A DNA stretch of 32,000 bases from Pseudodesulfovibrio mercurii. Its GTDB lineage: Bacteria; Desulfobacterota; Desulfovibrionia; Desulfovibrionales; Desulfovibrionaceae. The notes under the pieces were generated by a model that was not told the origin of the DNA, did no database searches, and saw nothing but the letters and a program-made list of their open reading frames with translations. The translations under genes were made by a program, and so were the position numbers. This document shows positions 1 through 8,447 of this stretch, one piece after another. The stretch covers positions 1,290,001 through 1,322,000 of the forward strand of contig NC_016803.1 of the NCBI RefSeq assembly GCF_000189295.2. The letters run 5' to 3'. Position 1 is the stretch's first letter. Each line of letters begins with the position of its first letter.

Positions 1-701
1 AGGAGCTGTTCGGCCACGAAAAGGAGGCCTTCACCGGGGCCAACCGGGGCCAGAAGGGCATCCTGGAGGCGGCCGACGGGGGCACGGTATTTTTCGACGA
101 GATCGGCGAGCTGCCGCTGAACATGCAGGTCAAGCTGCTCAGGGTGTTGCAGGAGCGCAATTTCCTGCGCGTGGGCGGGACCAAGGAGATTCCGGTGGAC
201 ATCCGGGTCATTGCGGCCACCAACTGCGACCTGCACGAACTGGTGGAGCAGGGCGAGTTCCGCCAGGACCTCTACTACCGGCTGAACGTGGTCACCCTGC
301 ACGCCCCGCCCCTGCGCGAGCACCGCGAGGACATCCCCATCCTCATCGGCCACTTCCTGGAAAAGCACCGCCAGCCGGGCCAGACCATCAACGCCATCGA
401 CCAGGACACCCTGGACATCCTCATGTCCTACCCGTTCCCCGGCAACGTGCGCGAGCTGGAAAACATCGTCCAGCGGGCGCTGGCCCTGGGCCAGGGCACG
501 ACCTTCACGCCCGAGTTGCTGCCCGCCGAGATAGCGGCGACCGAGACCAAGGCCCCGCTGCCCACCCTGGAGGACATGGAGAAATCCTACATCAAGAAGG
601 TGTTGGCCTCATCGGCCGGGAACAAGACCCAGGCCGCGCGCATCCTGGGCATCGACCGCGTGTCCCTGTGGCGCAAGATCAAGCGCTACCACCTGGAATA
701 G
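1..701 (+). CDS. sigma54-dependent transcriptional activator (NtrC/Fis-family bEBP), 5'-truncated by the window edge
   Basis: Frame 3 is open from nt 3. Translation reads [13 protein letters not shown] (GAFTGA-type loop), [13 protein letters not shown] (Walker B), [16 protein letters not shown] and [11 protein letters not shown]. The C-terminus is a Fis-type HTH ([25 protein letters not shown]). Stop TAG at 699-701. Confidence 0.9.
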   Translation, partial: ELFGHEKEAFTGANRGQKGILEAADGGTVFFDEIGELPLNMQVKLLRVLQERNFLRVGGTKEIPVDIRVIAATNCDLHELVEQGEFRQDLYYRLNVVTLHAPPLREHREDIPILIGHFLEKHRQPGQTINAIDQDTLDILMSYPFPGNVRELENIVQRALALGQGTTFTPELLPAEIAATETKAPLPTLEDMEKSYIKKVLASSAGNKTQAARILGIDRVSLWRKIKRYHLE

Positions 702-705
702 CGCC

Positions 706-2805
706 CTACTGCGCGGCGTTCTCCGCCGCGCCGTCCGCAAGGTCCGCATTGTCCGCATCACACAGGGCGATGGCGGCGGCCTCCTCCATGGTCGTGACGT
801 AGCGGATGTCCAGCCCCTCGACCACCTCGTCCTCGATGGACCTGACCCCGGCCTCGCAGCCGCGCGGCAGGATGACCACGGGGATGCCCGCGCTCCGGGC
901 GGCCATGAGCTTTTCGCGCACCCCGCCCACGGGCAGGACCTCGCCCAGGAGCGACAGCTCGCCGGTGGAGGCCACGTCCTGGCGCACCGGCCGTCCGGTG
1001 AGCAGGGAGAGGAGCGCGATGGTGATGGCCACGCCTGCGGAGGGCCCCTCCTTGGAGACCGCGCCCGCCGGGATGTGCACGTGGATGTCCGAGGTGGCGT
1101 AGAACTCCGGGTCGATGCCGAAGGCGGCCGCGTGGCTGCGACAAAAGCTCAGGGCGGTCTGGGCCGACTCGCGCAGGACCTCGCCCAGGGAGCCGGTCAG
1201 GATGAGCTGCTTGGAGCCGCGCATGCGGGCCGCCTCCACGAAAATGATCTCGCCGCCGATCTCGGTCCAGACCAGGCTGGTGGCCAGCCCGACCTTGGGC
1301 CGCTTCTGGGCCGCGGTGGAGGTGAACGGCGGCGCGCCGAGCAGTTCCTGGAGCATGGCCCGGTCCACGGTGACCGCGCCCGCGCCCTCGGTCAGGACCC
1401 GCTTGGCCAGCTTGCGGCAGAGCGAGGCGATCTGCTGCCTGAGCCTGCGCAACCCCGACTCGCGGGCATAGCCCCGGATGAGCAGGTCCACGGTCTCGTC
1501 CGGGACGGTCACCAGCTTCTCGTCCAGGCCGTGCTGGGCCAGGACCTCGGGAATGAGGTAGCGGGTTGCAATCTGCAACTTCTCCCCCGGCGTGTAGCTG
1601 GGGAACTCGATGACCTCCAACCGGTCGCGCAACGGCGCGGGCAAACGCTCCACCCCGTTGGCCGTGCAGATGAACAGGGCTCCGGACAGGTCGAAGGGCA
1701 GCCCCAGGTAGTGGTCCACGAAGGCGGTGTTCTGCTCGGCGTCGAGCATCTCGAGCAGAACCGACGTGGCGTCGCCCTGGAAGTCCTGGACCGCCTTGTC
1801 CACCTCGTCGAGCATGATCACCGGGTTGCGGGTGCCGACCTTGCGCAGCCCCTGGATGATCCGGCCGGGCATGGCCCCGACGTAGGTCCGCCGGTGGCCG
1901 CGCAGCTCGGCCTCGTCGCGCAGTCCGGCCAGGGACAGGCGCATGAACTTGCGCCCCAACGCCTCGGCGATGGCCTTGCCGATGGAGGTCTTGCCCATGC
2001 CCGGAGGGCCCGTGAAGCAGAGCACGAACCCGCGCAGGTGCTGGGCGCGCAGGCTCTGCTCCCACAGCTCGGCCACGTACCGGCGCAGCTTGGTCAGGTT
2101 GACCGGCTTGCCCAGGTACTGGTCCGCGCCCCGGCGCATGGCGTCCACCGCGGTCTTCACCGTGGCGTAGCCGGTGATCATGATGACCTTGGTGTCGGGC
2201 CAGCGCCTGCGCAGGACCTGCAACAGCTCCATGCCGTCCATGCCCTCCATCTTCAGGTCCGAGACCACGATGTTGGCCGGTTCGCGCTCCATGGCGGCCA
2301 CGGCCTCGAGCCCGTTGCCCACGGCCTCCACGTCGTAGCCGTCGGCCTCGAACACGATGGTCAGGTTCTCGCGGGCGATGAGCTCATCATCCACCAAAAG
2401 GATGCGCGGATTGCGCCGAGCGCACAGGCTCTTGACCGCCAGGAACTCCAGGACCCGGTCCTTGACCCGTTGCAATCCGTAATGGCGGGCGTTCAGGACC
2501 TCCTCGGCCCTGGCGATGTCCAGGTTGTCGCGGGTGGCCGTGTTCCACGGCAGGGAGAGGATGACCTCGAGAAAATTGAGGCTGATGGCGTATTCGGGCG
2601 AGGCCGGGTCAACGCTGTCCATGCGGTCGCACTCGGCGCGGGCCGTATCCAGGATTTCCGGCGGCAGCCCGGCGGATTCCACCTGCTCGCGCAGGGAGTC
2701 GTGGGCCCGGACCGGGGCGGCGGCGGGCGGTGCGGAGGGAGTCTCCACCGCGACGGGCGCCGCTTCCCGAGGGGTGGAAGCCTTGCGTTTGCCGAACCAG
2801 CCCAT
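706..2805 (-). CDS. Lon-family ATP-dependent protease with an internal response-regulator receiver domain (REC-AAA+-Lon_C) and no LAN N-domain
   Basis: AGGAGG lies 8 nt upstream of the ATG at 2805. A Lon pre-ATPase helical segment is present (SLPWNTATRDNL..HYGLQRVKDRVLEFLAV). The REC domain covers about aa 134-248 (RILLVDDE, VVSDLKMEGMDG, IMITGY, YLGKP). AAA+ motifs are GPPGMGKTS, VIMLDEVDK and RGHRRTYVGAMPG. The protease domain has KEGPSAGVA (Ser) and GGVREKLMAA (Lys). Confidence 0.85.
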   Translation of the reverse strand: MGWFGKRKASTPREAAPVAVETPSAPPAAAPVRAHDSLREQVESAGLPPEILDTARAECDRMDSVDPASPEYAISLNFLEVILSLPWNTATRDNLDIARAEEVLNARHYGLQRVKDRVLEFLAVKSLCARRNPRILLVDDELIARENLTIVFEADGYDVEAVGNGLEAVAAMEREPANIVVSDLKMEGMDGMELLQVLRRRWPDTKVIMITGYATVKTAVDAMRRGADQYLGKPVNLTKLRRYVAELWEQSLRAQHLRGFVLCFTGPPGMGKTSIGKAIAEALGRKFMRLSLAGLRDEAELRGHRRTYVGAMPGRIIQGLRKVGTRNPVIMLDEVDKAVQDFQGDATSVLLEMLDAEQNTAFVDHYLGLPFDLSGALFICTANGVERLPAPLRDRLEVIEFPSYTPGEKLQIATRYLIPEVLAQHGLDEKLVTVPDETVDLLIRGYARESGLRRLRQQIASLCRKLAKRVLTEGAGAVTVDRAMLQELLGAPPFTSTAAQKRPKVGLATSLVWTEIGGEIIFVEAARMRGSKQLILTGSLGEVLRESAQTALSFCRSHAAAFGIDPEFYATSDIHVHIPAGAVSKEGPSAGVAITIALLSLLTGRPVRQDVASTGELSLLGEVLPVGGVREKLMAARSAGIPVVILPRGCEAGVRSIEDEVVEGLDIRYVTTMEEAAAIALCDADNADLADGAAENAAQ

Positions 2806-3122
2806 GACCGTTGCCTCCTGCTACCCGTTGAACGGAGAAACATCGCCTTTTCACAAGCGATGACGCCTTATTGGCCTATAATAGTTACCTATCACGCTAA
2901 CTTGAAGTTGTTAAGGTTGCAATAAGCAACATCGGCCCATTTTGCCCCACCCCGATCCGAACCAACTTTTTCCAGGAACCGCGCCGCCCGGTAAAAAGGG
3001 CTTAACTCCTTGGCATACCGCATTTTCACCCCACTCGATCCAGGCCCTTCCGAAAAGCCGTTTACCGGGGAAAAACCGCTTTTTTCGCCCGTGTCACCAC
3101 CGGGGCCACTTCAGCCGCGACA

Positions 3123-3219
3123 CCGTTGCATCCTGCATCACCGCCGGAAACCGCCGAATGGCGGCGTATAGCCATATTCCGGCTGGAAATCGGGGGGCGA
3201 CCGTTGCATTTGGCATCAC
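3123..3219 (+). promoter_or_regulatory. Pair of direct-repeat motifs CCGTTGCAT-N3-GCATCAC (3123-3141 and 3201-3219), candidate activator (UAS) binding sites
   Basis: Read directly from the sequence. The two 19-nt copies share 16/19 positions and start 78 nt apart. They lie about 170 and about 90 nt upstream of the sigma54-like element at 3292-3307. Confidence 0.3.
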
Positions 3220-3291
3220 ACTGAGTCCCCACACAGGGTCGTCTTTTTATTTAATCTATATTTTTCAACATGTTGCACTGGATATCGGACT

Positions 3292-3307
3292 TGGCATGTG
3301 TTTTGAT
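3292..3307 (+). promoter_or_regulatory. Candidate sigma54 (-24/-12) promoter TGGCATG-N4-TTGAT
   Basis: The sequence is TGGCATGTGTTTTGAT against the consensus TGGCACG-N4-TTGCW. The GG and TTG spacing is correct, but the -12 GC is replaced by GA. It lies upstream of the 3370/3511 ORF. Confidence 0.25.
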
Positions 3308-3510
3308 TCACAAGCCTGAACGCAGAGGTGAACAGGCAACCTCCAAACCTAAAAGCTAGGAGTTGAGACATGGCCCTCTTCAATGCAGTCAAGCAAGTTG
3401 TGGACAGGCATTATGCGGCGCAGGCCGCGGCAAACTGCAACACGTGCAGTGTGGGCACGTGGGTCGTCTGCCATGAAAATCATTTATTGGAGAAATCGGG
3501 AGGCTCTTCG

Positions 3511-3981
3511 ATGAAGGCATTTTTCAAGCGAATCACCGGCACCCGCCGCCAACCCGTCACCACCGCTCCGACTGTCGCGGCGGCTGCCGCCGCCGACTGC
3601 GGCTGCCGCGAGAAGCAGCAGTGCAAAATCCTCATCGTCTGCAAGGGCCAGGAGTTCTCCCGGGGCATCGCCGACTACGCCGTGGACATGGCCTGCAAGA
3701 CCCGCAGCTCCCTGGTGGCCCTGAACATCGACGAGTCCGGCAGGGACTTCGCCGGGTTCCGCAGCCAGGCCGAACGCAACATCGAATACTTCAACAAGAA
3801 GGCGGCCGACGCGGGCCTGACCTTCCGTCACGAGATCCAGCAGGGGGACGAGAACGCCATCGTCGCCCGGATGCACGAAACCGATCCGAGCTTCCGTTAC
3901 GTCATGGACGACTCCGCAGCCGTCTGCAAGAACAGGAGCAGCATTCCCGTGTACACCCGAGCCACGTTGCGGGCGAGATAA
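3511..3981 (+). CDS. Hypothetical protein, weakly universal-stress-protein-like fold; alternative upstream start at 3370
   Basis: GGGAGG lies 7 nt upstream of the ATG at 3511. GC3 rises sharply from 3511 onward. The product has a KILIVCKG..ALNIDES..IVARMHE alpha/beta-like pattern without a clear ATP-binding motif. It sits 45 nt upstream of the SLC13 permease on the same strand. Confidence 0.55.
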   Translation: MKAFFKRITGTRRQPVTTAPTVAAAAAADCGCREKQQCKILIVCKGQEFSRGIADYAVDMACKTRSSLVALNIDESGRDFAGFRSQAERNIEYFNKKAADAGLTFRHEIQQGDENAIVARMHETDPSFRYVMDDSAAVCKNRSSIPVYTRATLRAR

Positions 3982-4026
3982 ACTCCGCCCGCAACGTCGA
4001 AACATCACGTTTCCCAAGGACGTAAC

Positions 4027-5826
4027 ATGACCCCGGAAATCATAACGGTTCTGGCCGTTCTCGTATTCGCCGTACTTCTCTTCATCTTCGAATGGGTCCG
4101 GGTGGACGTGGTCGGCATCATCATGATGGTGCTCCTGCCCCTGCTTGGCCTGGTCACGCCGCAACAGGCCATCAGCGGACTGAGCAGCAACGCCGTCGTC
4201 TCCATCATCGCGGTCATCATCATCGGCGCCGGGCTGGACAAGACCGGCGTCATGAACTCCATGGCCCGCGTCATCCTGCGCTTCGCGGGCAAGAGCGAAT
4301 CGCGGATCATGACGCTCATCGCGGGCACGGTGGCCCTCATCTCCGGCTTCATGCAGAACATCGGGGCGGCCGCCCTGTTCCTGCCTGCGGCCAAGCGCAT
4401 CGGCAACCAGACCGGCGTGCCGGTGGGGCGGCTGCTCATGCCCATGGGCTTCTGCGCCATCATCGGCGGCTGCCTGACCCTGGTCGGCTCCAGCCCGCTC
4501 ATCCTGCTCAACGACCTGATGGTCGTGGGCGGCAAGAAGTACGAGGCCTTCGGCCTGTTCAGCGTGACCCCCGTGGGCCTGCTGCTCGTGGCCGCCGCGC
4601 TGCTCTACTTCATCCTGCTCGGGCGGTTCATCCTGCCCAACCGGTCCGAGGACGAAAGCTCCGGCCCCATGTCCTCCATCCTGACCGGGACCTACAACAA
4701 CGTCGGCTCCCTGTTCGAGCTGGCAGTGCCCGCCGACTGGAGGAACGACGCCCCGCTCAAGGCCCTGGACCTGCGACCCATCTACTTCTGCACCCTGGTG
4801 GCCATCTGCCGCGAGAACGGCAAGCAGCACATCTTCGCGCCCCTGCCCGACGAGATCATCCGGCCGGGCGACCAGATCGTGGTCGTGGGCCCGCAGGAGT
4901 TCGTGGAGCACCTGGCCGAGGACCTCGGCTGGGAACTGCGGCCGGAACTGACCACCTTTGCCGAGGAACTCTCCCCCAACAACGCGGGCATCATGGAGGG
5001 CATCGTCACCCCCCGGTCCGAGTTCATGGGCAAGACCATCGCCGAACTACGCATCCGGGAACGATTCCAGGTCTCTCCCCTGGCCATCTTCCGGGGCGAA
5101 AAGATCTTCGTCAGCGGGCTTTCGGACATCATCATCGAGTCCGGCGACGCCCTGCTCCTGCACGGACGGTGGGAGATGTTCCACATGCTCAAGGGGCTGC
5201 CCGACCTGGTCTTCACCGAGACCGTCAAGGGCGAGCTGCTGCGCACGGACAAGGCCAAGATCGCGCTGATGTGGCTGGCCGTGTCCCTGGTCATGATCCT
5301 GGGCTTCCACGTCCAGCTGTCCATCGCGCTCCTGACCGGCGCCCTGGGCATGGTCCTGACCAAGGTCCTGACCATCGACGAGGCCTACCAGTCCGTGGAC
5401 TGGATGACCGTGTTCCTGCTCGGCGGGCTCATTCCCCTGGGCATGGCCTTCGAGAACACGGGCGCGGCCAAGTTCATCGCGGACACCATCATGGCGGCCC
5501 TGGGCACGCCGTCCGCCCTGGTCCTGCTGGCGGTCATCGGCGTGCTGACCTCCTTCTTCACCCTGGTGGCCTCCAACGTGGGTGCCACGGTCCTGCTCGT
5601 CCCGCTGTCCATGAACATGGCCCTCAATGCGGGCGTGGACCCCAGGGTGGCCGCCCTGACCGTGGCCGTGGCCGCGTCCAACACCTTCGTTCTGCCCACC
5701 CATCAGGTCAACGCGCTGATCATGCGCCCGGGCGGGTACCGCACCATCGATTACGTCAAGAGCGGGGCCGGGATGACCGTGCTTTACATGGTTGTCATGT
5801 TGTCCGCCTTGATGCTATTCTACTGA
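4027..5826 (+). CDS. SLC13/DASS-family anion permease with two central TrkA-C (RCK_C) domains
   Basis: 599 aa. N- and C-terminal polytopic membrane halves (LSSNAVVSIIAVIIIGAGLDKTGVMN; ASNVGATVLLVPL..ASNTFVLPTHQVNALI) flank two soluble repeats (..IRPGDQIVVVGPQE.. and ..IESGDALLLHGRWE..), which is typical of RCK_C. Confidence 0.88.
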   Translation: MTPEIITVLAVLVFAVLLFIFEWVRVDVVGIIMMVLLPLLGLVTPQQAISGLSSNAVVSIIAVIIIGAGLDKTGVMNSMARVILRFAGKSESRIMTLIAGTVALISGFMQNIGAAALFLPAAKRIGNQTGVPVGRLLMPMGFCAIIGGCLTLVGSSPLILLNDLMVVGGKKYEAFGLFSVTPVGLLLVAAALLYFILLGRFILPNRSEDESSGPMSSILTGTYNNVGSLFELAVPADWRNDAPLKALDLRPIYFCTLVAICRENGKQHIFAPLPDEIIRPGDQIVVVGPQEFVEHLAEDLGWELRPELTTFAEELSPNNAGIMEGIVTPRSEFMGKTIAELRIRERFQVSPLAIFRGEKIFVSGLSDIIIESGDALLLHGRWEMFHMLKGLPDLVFTETVKGELLRTDKAKIALMWLAVSLVMILGFHVQLSIALLTGALGMVLTKVLTIDEAYQSVDWMTVFLLGGLIPLGMAFENTGAAKFIADTIMAALGTPSALVLLAVIGVLTSFFTLVASNVGATVLLVPLSMNMALNAGVDPRVAALTVAVAASNTFVLPTHQVNALIMRPGGYRTIDYVKSGAGMTVLYMVVMLSALMLFY

Positions 5827-5834
5827 CATCCGAC

Positions 5835-5869
5835 GGGGCGCCGGTAATCATTACCGGCGCCCTTTTTTT
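5835..5869 (+). terminator. Rho-independent terminator after the SLC13 gene
   Basis: A 12-bp perfect stem GGGCGCCGGTAA/TTACCGGCGCCC (5836-5862) with a 3-nt loop, followed by seven T residues (5863-5869). Confidence 0.75.
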
Positions 5870-6009
5870 GGCAAATGAGGACCAGGCCCCCTGTAACCTA
5901 TAGCCCGCAAAGGATTTTTTCATCGACATTACGCCTCGGCCAGGAAGGACGACTGTCCATCCATCACGGCCGCCCGGGGCGTTTTTGCCGTATTGAAGGA
6001 GAGAAACGA

Positions 6010-7632
6010 ATGAAGACACCGTTGTCGAAGACCTTTGTCGAAACATTCCTCGGGAACGCGCCCGGATGGTACAAACTGACCATCATCGCCTTTCTCGTGC
6101 TCAACCCCGTGCTCATGCTCACGGTAGGCCCGTTCATCGCCGGATGGGCGCTCATCGCCGAGTTCATCTTCACCCTGGCCATGGCGCTCAAATGCTACCC
6201 GCTGCCGGCGGGCGGCCTGCTCGCCCTGGAAGCCGTGATCATGGGCATGACCTCCCCGGAGACCGTGTATCATGAAGCCCTGAAGAACTTCGAAGTCATC
6301 CTGCTCCTGATCTTCATGGTCGCGGGCATCTACTTCATGAAGGACTTCCTCCAGTTCACCTTTACCCGCATCCTGGTGCGCGTGCGCTCCAAGAAGGTCA
6401 TCGCCCTGCTGTTCTGCCTGGCCGGCGCGTTCCTGTCCGCCTTCCTGGACGCCCTGACCGTGACCGCGGTCATCATGGCCGTGGCCTTCGGTTTCTACAA
6501 CATTTACCACCGGTTCGTGTCCGGCAAGGGCGCGGGGGACACCCACGACCTGATCGACGACGACGGCGTCAAGGACACCAGCCGCGAAGAGCTGCTCCAG
6601 TTCCGGGGCTTTCTGCGCAACCTGATGATGCACGGCGCCGTGGGCACCGCGCTCGGCGGCGTGTGCACCCTGGTGGGCGAGCCGCAGAACCTGCTGGTGG
6701 GCGGCGAGATGGGCTGGCACTTCGTGCCCTTCTTCCTGCATGCCGCGCCCGTGACCATGCCGGTCCTGGCCATGGGCCTGCTGACCTGCCTCGCCGTGGA
6801 GCAGTTCCACATCTTCGGCTACGGCTACCAGCTGCCCGGCAACATCCGCTCCTTCCTGCTGGAGACCGCCGTGCAGATGGAGGTAAAGCAGGGCGCCAAG
6901 GGCAAGCTCAAGCTGGTCCTCCAGGCCTGCACCGGCATCTGGCTGATCCTGGCCCTGGCCTTCCACCTGGCCGCGGTCGGCCTCATCGGCCTGTCGGTCA
7001 TCATCCTGCTGACCGCCTTCACCGGCATCACCGAGGAGCATCAGCTGGGCCACGCCTTTGAGGAGGCCCTGCCGTTCACCGCCCTGCTTGTGGTCTTCTT
7101 CTCCGTGGTCGCGGTCATCCACTCCCAGGAGCTGTTCACCCCGATCATCGAATTCGTCCTCAGCCTGAAGGGACAGAACCAGCTGGTGGCCTACTTCGTC
7201 GCCAACGGCCTGCTCTCCTCCATCTCCGACAACGTCTTCGTGGCCACGGTCTACATCTCCGAGACCAAGCTGCACTTCATCAACGTGCTGGGCGCCATCC
7301 CGGACATCGGCATGACCGGGCAGGCCCTGATGGAAAAGATGACCGATCCGCACCTGGCGCGGGCCGACGTGCTGGCCACCCTGCCGCAGAACGCGGCGGC
7401 CCTGGTCAAGGAGACCATGGAGCACTTCGACAAGCTGGCCGTGGCCATCAACACCGGGACCAACATCCCGTCCGTGGCCACCCCCAACGGCCAGGCGGCC
7501 TTCCTGTTCCTGCTGACCTCGGCGCTCGCCCCGGTCATCCGTCTCTCCTACGGAAGAATGGTCTGGCTGGCGCTGCCGTACACCATCACCATGTCCCTGA
7601 CCGGACTGATGGCCGTGTACGTCTTCCTCTAG
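6010..7632 (+). CDS. nhaB: Na+/H+ antiporter NhaB
   Basis: GGAGAG RBS upstream of the ATG at 6010. The N-terminus ([82 protein letters not shown]) is near-colinear with my recollection of E. coli NhaB. The ORF-track start at 5875 is rejected. Confidence 0.9.
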   Translation: MKTPLSKTFVETFLGNAPGWYKLTIIAFLVLNPVLMLTVGPFIAGWALIAEFIFTLAMALKCYPLPAGGLLALEAVIMGMTSPETVYHEALKNFEVILLLIFMVAGIYFMKDFLQFTFTRILVRVRSKKVIALLFCLAGAFLSAFLDALTVTAVIMAVAFGFYNIYHRFVSGKGAGDTHDLIDDDGVKDTSREELLQFRGFLRNLMMHGAVGTALGGVCTLVGEPQNLLVGGEMGWHFVPFFLHAAPVTMPVLAMGLLTCLAVEQFHIFGYGYQLPGNIRSFLLETAVQMEVKQGAKGKLKLVLQACTGIWLILALAFHLAAVGLIGLSVIILLTAFTGITEEHQLGHAFEEALPFTALLVVFFSVVAVIHSQELFTPIIEFVLSLKGQNQLVAYFVANGLLSSISDNVFVATVYISETKLHFINVLGAIPDIGMTGQALMEKMTDPHLARADVLATLPQNAAALVKETMEHFDKLAVAINTGTNIPSVATPNGQAAFLFLLTSALAPVIRLSYGRMVWLALPYTITMSLTGLMAVYVFL

Positions 7633-7660
7633 GCCTTCATTCCCAAGTCATCCAATGCGC

Positions 7661-7695
7661 AAGGGCTCCCGAGACCATCTCGGGAGCCCTTTTTT
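7661..7695. terminator. Rho-independent terminator after nhaB, partly usable by the convergent minus-strand gene
   Basis: A 14-bp stem AAGGGCTCCCGAGA/TCTCGGGAGCCCTT with a 3-nt loop, followed by a T-run on the + strand. It lies between convergent stops at 7632 and 7718. Confidence 0.7.
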
Positions 7696-7717
7696 CGCGG
7701 GTCGGCGGGAAATGCGG

Positions 7718-8422
7718 TCAGGGCTGGGTGGCCAGGATGCGCTCGCGGAGACGGTCGAGACGGTCGCTGGTCTGGAGGCGGAAGATGTCGCCGATGGCCC
7801 AGATGGTCGCCAAGGCGGTGGATGCCGCGTCGGCACGGACGGCCGTGTAGTCCTCCCGGACCTGATCGATGGTCGCGCCCACGAACTGCTGGACCTTGTC
7901 GATCTTGGCGTGCACGTGGCCGATGGCCTTGTTCAGGGAGTCGCGGCCGTCGCCGGTCAGGCTCTCCAGGACCAGGAAGGCGGAGAAGAGATTGTAGAAG
8001 AGATGGTCCAGGTCGGACTCGTAGTTCCAGTAGTCCCAGGCCCAGCGCAGCCTGCCGAACCGGGCGCAGCCCGAAGCCGCGATGATGACCAGCATCATCT
8101 CCACCAGGGCGTCGTCGGCCCGACGCCGGGAGGTCACCCGGCAGCGGTCGTTGTGGATGGCGGTCATCTCGACCATGTCGATGGACTTGGTGTTCACGAA
8201 GTAGCGGCACAGCTCGAAGATATTCAGGACCGCGCGACAGGTCCCGGTCTCCCGGCCCTCGGCGTCCACCTCGCGACAGCGGTCGCAGTGGTAGGCCGTG
8301 CGGCGGCAGACGAAGTCCGCCGCAGGCTTCCTGCCCCGGAATTCCACGGTCAGGCGGGCGATGTCGGCCTGGACCTCCAGTTGCTCGATGCCGTCCAGGG
8401 TGACGAGAAACGTGAACTTCAT
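7718..8422 (-). CDS. Hypothetical cysteine-rich protein (234 aa), likely co-transcribed with mgsA
   Basis: A long ORF with host-like codon bias that starts 25 nt downstream of the mgsA stop on the same strand. The N-terminal half carries FVCRR, HCDRC, GTCRAV, ELCRY and DRCRV. The C-terminal half looks helical. I recognise no family. Confidence 0.6.
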   Translation of the reverse strand: MKFTFLVTLDGIEQLEVQADIARLTVEFRGRKPAADFVCRRTAYHCDRCREVDAEGRETGTCRAVLNIFELCRYFVNTKSIDMVEMTAIHNDRCRVTSRRRADDALVEMMLVIIAASGCARFGRLRWAWDYWNYESDLDHLFYNLFSAFLVLESLTGDGRDSLNKAIGHVHAKIDKVQQFVGATIDQVREDYTAVRADAASTALATIWAIGDIFRLQTSDRLDRLRERILATQP

Positions 8423-8447
8423 GCGGGCCTCCCTCGATGGGCGTGCG

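Noticed and set aside
2877-2882. A perfect TATAAT hexamer in the Lon-upstream region, considered as a sigma70 -10 box.
   Set aside because: No acceptable -35 lies at 16-19 nt on the + strand: the candidates give spacers of 11 or 21 nt. Nothing is encoded immediately downstream.
2942-3319. A 125-aa plus-strand ORF inside the long intergenic region.
   Set aside because: It has no Shine-Dalgarno sequence and atypical composition and codon usage relative to its neighbours. I treat the region as regulatory or non-coding.
4092-5903. A 603-aa plus-strand ORF in an alternative frame of the SLC13 permease gene.
   Set aside because: Its translation is an Arg/His/Pro/Gly-rich off-frame product. The 4027-5826 frame gives a coherent membrane-transporter sequence.
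5966-5991. A small GC hairpin plus T5 (ACGGC-CGCCCGGGGCG-TTTTT-GCCGT) just upstream of the nhaB RBS, considered as an attenuator or riboswitch-like leader.
   Set aside because: The stems are only 4-5 bp with competing pairings, and I recognise no conserved riboswitch core. It is too weak to call from sequence alone.
5875-6009. Upstream extension of nhaB. Analogous long-start models exist for mgsA (8975), the aldehyde dehydrogenase (11226), GT4 (15864) and GT4 (24000).
   Set aside because: The extensions are Arg/Pro-rich, lack RBSs and exceed the N-termini of the known families. The internal ATGs have good Shine-Dalgarno sequences or ATGA coupling to the upstream stop.
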